A DNA stretch of 42,094 nt from Nostoc sp. (GCA_036918135.1 JBALDB010000035.1:1-42094); one strand, 5' to 3'. Counted from the first letter of the stretch, positions 20,750 through 29,193 are shown. The notes: generated by a model not told the origin, from the letters alone. Made by a program: numbers and translations.

Positions 20750-21373
20750 TTATTTACTGGTATCGCCAATTACAAATCGTGTCAATACATCAGCAATGGT
20801 AACAGCTACAACGACTAATAGGGGAGTTCTGGCGATGCTTTGCCAATCTTCATCTTTACGGACTGCGTTGATTACACCAACCAAAGAAATTGCAATATAC
20901 AGCAAGAAAAGTGCCCGCAATATATTAAATATCAAACTTACTGCGGTGTCGCTACCACCAGCATTATTTCCTGTTGAACCATCATTCAAAGTTTTTTTGA
21001 AAAACTTTTCTGCTTCACCAAAAAACTGCGCTTGGGCGGGAGCCGCAAAGGAATCTAACCAAAATAAACTCAGAACGATCGCCGCTGCTAAAATTTGTAA
21101 TATTACTAGCGATCGCCTTGGCAAATGTACCTGCTGTCCGATTCTATGGATGATGACTGCAATTAAACTACCAACTAGTAAACAAAATAGCAGGATAGGA
21201 CTTTTTAGGCTGATAACGCTTAAAAATACAGCACAAGCAATCAAAAAAGGTACAGATTCAACTAAAATAACTAGAGTGGATTTCAGTGCCAGTCTTAACT
21301 TATCAGATACTGTGGCTGCACTCCCAGTTAAAGCTTTGAAAAAGGTTCTCTCGTGAGAACTTTGTCTAAACAT
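20750..21373 (-). CDS. VirB2-like pilin precursor with long hydrophobic leader
   Basis: PAQA-QFF cleavage-like site, then a ~90-aa mature region with two hydrophobic helices separated by RKDEDWQ; first gene of the cluster. Confidence 0.6.
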   Translation of the reverse strand: MFRQSSHERTFFKALTGSAATVSDKLRLALKSTLVILVESVPFLIACAVFLSVISLKSPILLFCLLVGSLIAVIIHRIGQQVHLPRRSLVILQILAAAIVLSLFWLDSFAAPAQAQFFGEAEKFFKKTLNDGSTGNNAGGSDTAVSLIFNILRALFLLYIAISLVGVINAVRKDEDWQSIARTPLLVVVAVTIADVLTRFVIGDTSK

Positions 21374-21576
21374 TTGCTAATTTTCCTATAATGTACTATG
21401 AGCGTTGGTGGTTTTAAATTTTACAGATGTCATAATTTTACATGATTTAACATTTATTTTTCCTCAAATTATGAAGTTCAGCAAAGTTATACATCATCAT
21501 CTGAATTTTTGATTAATTTAAGTTAACAAAATATTAATATTTATTTAATAAGTGTATGTATATTGAGAAACTAGGT

Positions 21577-21624
21577 CTTTAGCTCTTAACTGTAGCAATT
21601 ACAGTTAAGAGCTAAAGTTTTTTT
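21577..21624 (+). terminator. perfect 18-bp hairpin followed by T-run (terminator-like or operator)
   Basis: CTTTAGCTCTTAACTGTA-gcaat-TACAGTTAAGAGCTAAAG, then TTTTTTT. Confidence 0.5.
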
Positions 21625-21829
21625 CTGTTAGGAATCTTGTTTTAATTATCAGTTTGAGTAATCGAGTGGTCATAATAGACAATCCTTGGTAGCATAGCGC
21701 TCTTTAATCACTATAGCCATCAAATCTCAATCCTTTGCTAGATATAGTTTTGCTCGCTAAGCCTGAGTACTTAACCTCCTTCGCCACCTCACTTGCTGCA
21801 AGTTTAGAAAAATTAAACAAACGGTTACT

Positions 21830-22256
21830 GTATCCCATTTGCCAAGGCTTTTGGAAATACTTTTAGAAATTATACTAGCACTACCATTGAAATCTGTGTT
21901 AAGCAGTCTACCGTCACTAGTACTAAGTAGTCCACATTTGAACAAAGTTCGTTGAGCATTTTTTCGTTGCGTTTGTCTCCTTGGCGGTAGCCTACCGCAA
22001 GTCCTTCAGGTGACTTTTCGCTGGGTCACTACGCTTCGCTAACAGCAGTCGCTTATAGGGAAACCACGGCACTTGCTCATGGGGGAGACCTCCTCTCCGC
22101 AAGACAGCGCTGCTGAACCGCTACGCGTCTACGTGAAAAAATTGACTTTCACAAAGAGTTTTAGCCTTAAGCCAACCGCATTGGACTACGTTTTATCCTT
22201 TTACCCGAATATTTATAAGGTTTATAAATTGGTTGATTGTCGAGAAAAGATACTAA
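21830..22256 (-). pseudogene. tnpB: degenerate 3' fragment of an IS200/IS605/IS607 TnpB, interrupted by an insertion
   Basis: Minus-strand translation gives SFLDNQPIYKPYKYSGKRIKR, then after the insert GLLSTSDGRLLNTDFNGSASIISK. This matches the TnpB C-terminal pattern SFLD...SGKRIKRGL...G..INAD.NG..NI. Confidence 0.7.
21927..22189. mobile_element. MITE-like insertion with nested short dispersed repeats
   Basis: Bounded by the inverted repeat GTAGTCCA / TGGACTAC. The GC-rich interior shares blocks with 35860-35993. Confidence 0.6.
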
Positions 22257-22529
22257 AACTTAGGTATTAAGAAAATACCAAATAGGAAATATAAGTTTTG
22301 TAAGTGCTGAAACAAGCTATTTCATTAATAAACACAATAATTAATTTGTCAAGACTATAAAATATATTTAATATCCATTGCCACCTTTAAAATAAAATTT
22401 AATAACCAAAACTATATTATATAGACCAGAGTTTAATAATTCAGCTCTAAGGTTGGCAAAAATTAATAAAAAAGGCTACTAAGCCCCTTTTTAAAACTAT
22501 CTCTAAAATTCTGAAAATCCAGTAACTTT

Positions 22530-22590
22530 TTTAATCTTTCCATAATCTAACCATGATTTGAATTTTACCTTAACATTCTACTGTTAAATT
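22530..22590 (+). promoter_or_regulatory. candidate SphR/PhoB Pho box array with downstream -10
   Basis: 8-mers at 11-bp period: TTTAATCT (22530), CATAATCT (22541), CATGATTT (22552), TTTTACCT (22563), versus consensus YTTAAYYW. TGTTAAATT at 22582-22590; upstream of the pstS-like gene. Confidence 0.5.
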
Positions 22591-22895
22591 CGTTGCAAGA
22601 GTCTGACAGCTATTAATCATAGCAGTCCTAAAAAAATTGTGAAATTTTTACTTTCTTTGTGTCGTGCCTTCGCTTTAGCCGATGGCGAAATGCCGCATGT
22701 CTACACAAAAGAAAGTGATGTTCATATTATTTGCTCTAAATTTTTCACAAGTTTGTGCAAGCTCGTGATTTATAAATAACTTTTTTATTGCCAAATTGTT
22801 GGGCGTAACAAAAGCTTATTTTTAATCACTAGTTTGACAATTGATTTTGTCTTTTCCAGGGTGTTCATTCCTAAATTAATTTTAAGGAGCTTGAC

Positions 22896-24353
22896 ATGGC
22901 TTTATCTCGCCAATCGAAATATTTGACAAGTTCAATTTCTCTACTTGCCATCACAATTGGTTTAGTAGTAGGTCAATCTGCTACTCATAAATCTCTAGCT
23001 CAGACCTCCACCACTCCTCCCCCTACTGGAGTTACCTCAATAAATGGTCTAGGTGCAAGTACTGTAAATACTTTATTTGTAGGTACAGGAGCAACTAATT
23101 CGTATCCTTTTGGCTCAAAAGGCTCATGGTTTAACGTTTTCGGGGTTGGAAATCCTACATCCCTCAATAATGATGTACCCCCAGCCTTCCTCAATTACCC
23201 AAATGGAACTTATGGCCCAGTCGTTAATAACGACACATTCAGATATGCTTCAGTTGGTAGCGGTGCAGGTGTAACAGCTTTTTTCAGTCAAACTCCACCA
23301 CCAGCATCACCTGGCCCTACCATCTTAGCCCCAGTCTCTTTTGCGGCTAGCGATGATCCTTTAGCAGGAACACAAATAGAACAAACAGTTACTACTGGTA
23401 CTGGAAAGCCTAATAGCGGAAAAGCCATTCAAGTACCTGTGGTAGGTGTCGGAATCACCTTGTCTTACAACAGTACTGGTCTTACCATACCAGCAGGTGG
23501 ACTTAAGCTTTCGCGAAAGAGTTACTGTGGTATTTTGAATGGCGCCATCACAAATTGGAATGATGCCAGCATTAAAGCAGATAACGGTGGTGCAGTAATT
23601 ACAGCCAATTTACCTATCAAAGTTGTACGTCGTAGCGACAATAGTGGTAGCACATTTGTTTTAAGCACCCATCTCAATACTGCATGTAAGACTGCTGCAA
23701 CTAATGGTCTTCCCGCAGCTAATGTCTGGAATAGAGGAGTGGGTAGCATAAGTACTTCAGGTACTGTACCTCCAACACCACCAGCCAATACGGTTGTTTG
23801 GCCGGCAAGTTTCTTATCTGCCACAGGAGGTGGAGGTGTAGCCACTGCAATTAAAAATAATTCTGGTGCAATTGGTTATGTAGATAGTGCTACACGTTTA
23901 GCTAACAGTCTATCTGCCGCAATCTTACAGAACAAAGCAAATTCATACGTTGGTCCTACAACAGCTGGAATTCAAGCCGCTCTAAGTGCTGGAACCATTG
24001 TCAAATATGGTACTGCTCCAAATAACAGGCTGATTAGAATTGATGGTTTGGCCGATCCAACCGTTTCACCAGCCTATCCCATTTCCACAGCAACTTACAC
24101 GCTGTTTTATGATGTATACGGAGGCACTAACGGTAATCTCATAGCAACTCACATTAGAACCTTCATCAACTGGGCTTTAGCAAATGCTACACAACCAGTT
24201 CCTCCCACCGCCAATTCCTCTAACCCTACTCCAGACAAGATAGCTACAGATAGAGGATATGCTCCTCTTCCCAATAGCATCAAAACTGTGTCTAGAACTG
24301 TTGTGAATACTTGCGTAAATACTTTTACTGGTACTTCTCCTTGTACCCCTTAG
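22896..24353 (+). CDS. PstS/DING-family phosphate-binding protein, exported
   Basis: Signal peptide (KSLA-Q); SINGLGAS, SVGSGAG, FAASDDPL, RRSDNSGST, GAIGYV and AYPIS motifs; AAGGAG Shine-Dalgarno. Confidence 0.85.
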   Translation: MALSRQSKYLTSSISLLAITIGLVVGQSATHKSLAQTSTTPPPTGVTSINGLGASTVNTLFVGTGATNSYPFGSKGSWFNVFGVGNPTSLNNDVPPAFLNYPNGTYGPVVNNDTFRYASVGSGAGVTAFFSQTPPPASPGPTILAPVSFAASDDPLAGTQIEQTVTTGTGKPNSGKAIQVPVVGVGITLSYNSTGLTIPAGGLKLSRKSYCGILNGAITNWNDASIKADNGGAVITANLPIKVVRRSDNSGSTFVLSTHLNTACKTAATNGLPAANVWNRGVGSISTSGTVPPTPPANTVVWPASFLSATGGGGVATAIKNNSGAIGYVDSATRLANSLSAAILQNKANSYVGPTTAGIQAALSAGTIVKYGTAPNNRLIRIDGLADPTVSPAYPISTATYTLFYDVYGGTNGNLIATHIRTFINWALANATQPVPPTANSSNPTPDKIATDRGYAPLPNSIKTVSRTVVNTCVNTFTGTSPCTP

Positions 24354-24428
24354 GTCTCTAAATCGACCTAATAAGCTGTCAGAGAATTGAGCTATTGATT
24401 TATTTGGCAGATCCTAACGACTATCAGC

Positions 24429-24530
24429 GGTGTTGCTGAATTTAAGTATGAATTCCAAACTTCAAAGTTGTAAACTTTTGTTTTTAGCTTTTTGCGCGAA
24501 ACAAAATTTATACTCTTAATCAGCAACGCC
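24429..24530. mobile_element. ~100-bp MITE-like inverted repeat
   Basis: GGTGTTGCTGAATTTAAGTATGAATT pairs imperfectly with AATTTATACTCTTAATCAGCAACGCC. Confidence 0.6.
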
Positions 24531-25184
24531 CTATTTCAAGATTCACTAAAAATCTTGACAACTAAGCTATTACGCCTTTAAATTACCAATTACTTGGCTT
24601 TGTTCGTTGATTGCTGACGCTTAACAGTTAATAGTCAGCAGTCAACAGTCAATAGGAAAAAAAGAATTTGAGCTAACCAAAGGCAGTGCCCACCTTATTC
24701 GATCGGATGATGCGATCGCTATTAATAATTTATTCTTTGGCTACTCTGATAGTTAGTATAAATTAAAACAAATTAACCAGCATATTTAGTTAATTAAAAG
24801 TCGTAATTGAATACAACTTTACTGTTCTTAATAACCAAATGTCTACTGATGGGAGTAGTTAAAAAAGTTTAACCGTCAACTATGTTATCATTAAATGTGT
24901 TGAGAAATATTTTCGGTCATGTTAGTGACTACATAGACGCCTCTCCGAATCTAAATCTCTACATATTTTGGTTCTGGAGGTATTTTGTGTCAGTAATTGA
25001 CCTGAAAATATTTACTTTCGAGCATTCCGAAAATTGAAATTTTTAGCGAAGGAAACTGTACTGAAATATCTCTAAACAACTGACATATATTACTGTCAAA
25101 AATTTACATAATGACAGTAAACTGTCTCAAAAATCCAGATAGCATACGGTTACTACTTGGACTTATATCAAAAGTGAGTTTTTT

Positions 25185-25418
25185 ATGCCTACAAGTCCTT
25201 TGCGTGAAGAACCTCGTAATCAACGAGCGCCTGTAATTCGTACAAGTAATGAATTTATTCTCTTGGAATGGCTAAAGTCAAGTGGTCGTCTGATAGAGCG
25301 CGAACATCAAGAATCTGACTATTTAGGTGAAATAGAAGAAATATCAGAAATGATAGACCTTGATGACATTCCTTACGATCATGATGATGACGATGTTGAA
25401 ATGGATTTAGAAGCCTAA
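25185..25418 (+). CDS. DUF3134 family protein
   Basis: SPLREEPRNQRAPVI...LLEWLKSSGRLIERE followed by an acidic tail. Confidence 0.8.
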   Translation: MPTSPLREEPRNQRAPVIRTSNEFILLEWLKSSGRLIEREHQESDYLGEIEEISEMIDLDDIPYDHDDDDVEMDLEA

Positions 25419-25756
25419 TTCCACTTGAGATAATTTGTAATTCGTAATTAGCATAGCCAAGGTTTCATTGACTTGAAATCAATAGTTGATTTATAGCAGA
25501 AGGCAGGAGGCAGGAGGTAAAAATATTGCTAACTCCAGCATTCACCCTTTCAAAATGTCCTAAAGGGTGTGACTACGGCTTTACCTGAATTACTGATAAT
25601 TTATAGGGTAGCACAGTTGTGCTGCCCTGCTTTGGCAACAAGGGCGCTTGATATCGAAGTTCTCTTCATTGTTCTATGGGACAGTACGGGACTGCTGTCA
25701 GAATAGCTTAAATTATTGTTTTACATGTTGCCTCCGAACTGCTTATTGGAGATGAC

Positions 25757-26062
25757 TCATTCATAGCCAACAGATGAATTTGATGTTGCAGATTCTTCTG
25801 GGGACTCGCTCACTAATTCAATCAACTCTTCTACTTGGCAGTTCAAAGCTTTGCAAAACCGAATAATTCTTTCAATATGATCTGTCCCAGTTCTACCACT
25901 TTCCCAGTTTTGAATAGTGCTTTCAGTCACGCCAACAAGACGCGATAACTCAAGCTGGGTTAGCCCTGCCCTTTCACGAAGCAAAGCAATCCTTGGTTTT
26001 GGCTTTTGTTTCACAGGTACAGCACTTTTATTCCGATCTATAGTCGTATATCCTAGCACCAA
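25757..26062 (-). CDS. XRE/Cro-C1 helix-turn-helix transcriptional regulator
   Basis: LRERAGLTQLELSRLVGVTESTIQNWESG...CKALNCQVEEL. Confidence 0.9.
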   Translation of the reverse strand: MVLGYTTIDRNKSAVPVKQKPKPRIALLRERAGLTQLELSRLVGVTESTIQNWESGRTGTDHIERIIRFCKALNCQVEELIELVSESPEESATSNSSVGYE

Positions 26063-26334
26063 AAAACTACCATTTAGGAAATTAGTAAAAAATTTTAGCC
26101 TAAACTTTGAATACTCTGAATTTATTTAGTAAAAATAATTTATAGATACTAGTTACTACTAATAGTAATTTTAACTAGATAAAAGATAAAGTCCAAACAT
26201 GAGTTTTTAAATTATAATTGAGAATACTTTGATACCAAAATAAAAAGAATTACAATACAGGGATTCACAAAACTTAGATATACTAAGACGATTCCCAATC
26301 CCAAATTTAAAATTTAAAACATCAAATGTATCAT

Positions 26335-27618
26335 CTACTTGAGTAATAGATAAAATAATTGCCCATTACTAACTGTGACGCCAGCACGATCGCCTGCTAT
26401 TTTTCCAGTACCTAAAAAATAATCGACTCTTCCTGCACCTTTAATTGCGCCTCCGGTATCTTGGTCGAGAACATAGCGGCTAACAATGCTTTCTTCCATT
26501 TTTCCGGTAGAATTAACAAAGGGAATAGCAGCACGAATCAACGCTAAAGCGCCAGGAGGCATGAGAGATTTATCTGTAGCAATAGAACGCTCTGCTGTTA
26601 GTGGTACATTGATAGAACCTTGGGCTGGTTCACCGTGGTTTTCTTGAAAAAAAACAAAGCTGCGATCGCGCGGAATATAAATATTTAATTCTTGGGGATG
26701 TTTTTGGAAATAGTCGAGAATAATTGGCATAGTTATACCTTCTAACGGTAATTTGCCATCATTGACTAATTCTCGCCCAATGCTTTTGTAATTATAAGCA
26801 GTATTACCTGCATAACCTATGGTTGTTTGAGTTCCATCAGTTAGCTGAAGTCTGGCTGAACCTTCAATTTGAATTAGATATGGTTCGAGGCGATCGCGCA
26901 ACCAAAATAATTCTAATCCTCGTAATTTACCTTTTACACCTTGTAAACCATCTGCTCCTTCTAATTGTAAGCGTGTAGGATGAGGTTGAGACCAAGAGTT
27001 GAAATTAGGAGGTAATCGATAAACAGGATAACGATATTCTGCTGTGAGGACGCGACTGGCGGCGTAAAGCGGTTCATAATAGGCGGTGAATAAAACGGTG
27101 CCTTTGTTATCTTTACCGACTGACTGATAATAAACAAATTCTCGTTCTATAGCTGTATGTAACTCTGTTGCTGAATTAGTTTTTAATAAAATTTCGCGGA
27201 ATCTTTGCAAACTTTTGAATACGCGATCGCGGCTAATTCCAGCCACTGGATACTTTTGGTAAGCAGCCGCAGCAGCTTCGGTTTGTAAGTATTGTAAACT
27301 GCGATCGATAGCAGTCAGTAATGCCTTTTTATCTGGTATTTTTCCATAGATTACCTCATCTAAACAAGAAGTATCACTCTGACAACAAGTAACTGGTGTC
27401 CTCTGAATTAATACTACTTTTTGCTTTCGGATAGATGCATTTTTATTTTTAGTTGTCAACGACACTGGTATATCCCACTTTTTCACTCGACATTCTGGCG
27501 GACTGAGTTCCCAATTTACTAAAGATTGCATTCTCAATAAAGAGATTGACAAAACTACAAGTACGCTGATAGCAATTAAGTTGTGAAACTTTCCTAATTC
27601 AGCAAATATATTTTTCAT
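26335..27618 (-). CDS. mltA: murein lytic transglycosylase A
   Basis: FTAYYEP, IQIEGS, SFVFF, SIATD and 3D-domain QDTGGAIKGAGRVDYFLGTG. Confidence 0.92.
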   Translation of the reverse strand: MKNIFAELGKFHNLIAISVLVVLSISLLRMQSLVNWELSPPECRVKKWDIPVSLTTKNKNASIRKQKVVLIQRTPVTCCQSDTSCLDEVIYGKIPDKKALLTAIDRSLQYLQTEAAAAAYQKYPVAGISRDRVFKSLQRFREILLKTNSATELHTAIEREFVYYQSVGKDNKGTVLFTAYYEPLYAASRVLTAEYRYPVYRLPPNFNSWSQPHPTRLQLEGADGLQGVKGKLRGLELFWLRDRLEPYLIQIEGSARLQLTDGTQTTIGYAGNTAYNYKSIGRELVNDGKLPLEGITMPIILDYFQKHPQELNIYIPRDRSFVFFQENHGEPAQGSINVPLTAERSIATDKSLMPPGALALIRAAIPFVNSTGKMEESIVSRYVLDQDTGGAIKGAGRVDYFLGTGKIAGDRAGVTVSNGQLFYLLLK

Positions 27619-27713
27619 AAAAATTAAAATATTTAATTAAATTAAAAAATAAAATTTTTTCTTGTTAAAATGCCAGCAATTAATAAATTGTCGCCAAAGT
27701 TTTTAGAGGTTCA

Positions 27714-27761
27714 TAGTCATGACTTTAGTGCTAAAAATTTAAAGACTAAAGTCTTGACTAC
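27714..27761. repeat. REP-like palindrome
   Basis: TAGTCATGACTTTAGT...ACTAAAGTCTTGACTA inverted repeat. Confidence 0.6.
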
Positions 27762-27861
27762 AAGCATATATAACCATCAAAATTAATCATATAGACTATT
27801 AGTGCTGATGGCTTGTGAAAGTTTGTATCCAGCAGTTCAACCAATGCTTTATACCCATTAT

Positions 27862-29193
27862 TTATTCATTCATATTTCGGTAAGTAGCCACTGCTGAAGG
27901 TGATATTCGGTTCAAATATCGGAATATCCAGTATTTGAAAATCGTATCTAAAATTACTGGAAATGTAGCAATAAATAAGAAGATAAAATCTCTGTTTGCT
28001 GGTAATCCCCAATGGCGGGATACACCTTCTAAAAGTACTTCCCAGCCGTGAGGAGAGTGGAATCCGACAAATATATCAGTAAACAAAATGATAATAAATG
28101 CCTTAGCACTGTCACTAAGTCCATAAACAATATGATCGAAGAAATCTTTCAGCACAGCAATAGAAGACTTGCTGGTGAGCAAAAGCCAGATAAAAGCAAT
28201 CACAGAAAACATATCCGCAAAAACATTTTTAATCGAATTAGAGCTTTCCTGGCGAAATTCTTCTGCAATCTCTGTTGCCTTCTCTTTTAGTTCTGTTTCT
28301 ATCTTCTCAAGTGACAATGGAGGTGCATGATTAATCAGATTTTCAAACTTGATTCTTTCTTCAAATCTTTGTAATTCTGTTAGCGCTTCCTCTTCCATTT
28401 CATAATTTAGGAATACCTCAGCTTGCTCGCTAGTTCTAAATCTTTCCAGAGCTGGGCCTACTATAAAAGCTTTTGCTATTTGATGCGTCAAAAGTGGTAC
28501 TATTATTAATAGTAAAAGAAATCTAATAGATATTATCGTCCTTCTTTGAGCTTGACGAAAACTCTGAATTACTTCTCCTTCAGAATTAGGATCTAATTCA
28601 ACTTGCAAACGATTAATAGTACTTAAAATTGAACGCGGTAAAACACCTGTTGTATCAGTTTTAGGCCTTGATTTTCTATCTGATTTTTTCTCTACATATC
28701 TAGTTGGGGGCTTAGGGGGTACTGAAGTAATTGCTGAGTCAACTGGTGTAGTGGGAGGTTTTACCACTACAACTCCAGAAGTTATTTGTTCGGGAGGTAT
28801 TGTGTATTTGGATATAACTCCATCGATAAAGTTCAGCCTTTCTAAAACGAAAGAAGCACTGAGGTATTCTATACCTGCTTTATCGGCAGCTTTTTGATCT
28901 TCTTCATTGAGAAACCAACGGCTTGCTCTAAACTCTGTAAGCCGCATCTTGGCAGTTTTTAATAGCTTGTTTAAGTCTGACTCAAAATAATCCATGACGC
29001 TGTTACTGTACATGGCTGAGTCAATGTCTATTTTATTACCATTAAAATGCTTATCTTCTATTTCCTTAATTTTTAATGCTGCATCGTAAGCCTGATGTAA
29101 AGAACGTTCAGGAGTCTGTAAGTACCATCGATAAGCAGCAAGTAAGAAAGAATAGATTTTTTGGCTAAAAACAAAGTTTTTCATTGCAGACAA
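27862..29193 (-). CDS. pcxA: proton extrusion protein PcxA (CemA family); start probably ATG 29184
   Basis: TPERSL..AY.AA N terminus; LSDSAKAFIIILFTDIFVGFHSPHGWE and FPVILDTIFKYWIFRYLNRISPSAVATY. Confidence 0.95.
   Translation of the reverse strand: MSAMKNFVFSQKIYSFLLAAYRWYLQTPERSLHQAYDAALKIKEIEDKHFNGNKIDIDSAMYSNSVMDYFESDLNKLLKTAKMRLTEFRASRWFLNEEDQKAADKAGIEYLSASFVLERLNFIDGVISKYTIPPEQITSGVVVVKPPTTPVDSAITSVPPKPPTRYVEKKSDRKSRPKTDTTGVLPRSILSTINRLQVELDPNSEGEVIQSFRQAQRRTIISIRFLLLLIIVPLLTHQIAKAFIVGPALERFRTSEQAEVFLNYEMEEEALTELQRFEERIKFENLINHAPPLSLEKIETELKEKATEIAEEFRQESSNSIKNVFADMFSVIAFIWLLLTSKSSIAVLKDFFDHIVYGLSDSAKAFIIILFTDIFVGFHSPHGWEVLLEGVSRHWGLPANRDFIFLFIATFPVILDTIFKYWIFRYLNRISPSAVATYRNMNE

Noticed and set aside
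20694..21356. 220-aa + strand ORF
   Set aside because: Fully antisense to the hydrophobic pilin-like gene; Lys/Thr/Asn-rich composition expected of a shadow frame.
21591..21603. NtcA site in the hairpin centre or the T4SS leader
   Set aside because: Spacing is GTA-N5-TAC here and TGT-N9-ACA at 21428, not the canonical GTA-N8-TAC.
22073..22270. 65-aa ORF, and the similar-looking 35914-36192 ORF (shared PQD.AA.PLRVYV)
   Set aside because: The shared peptide is simply translation of the same dispersed DNA repeat.
9300..26100. Complete ICE or integrated conjugative plasmid
   Set aside because: No integrase, relaxase, T4CP, tRNA target or flanking direct repeats seen; neighbours are housekeeping genes.
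26335..27618. mltA as the VirB1 of the T4SS
   Set aside because: 5 kb away, MltA fold rather than SLT, separated by unrelated genes, and a normal housekeeping enzyme; no evidence of linkage beyond proximity.
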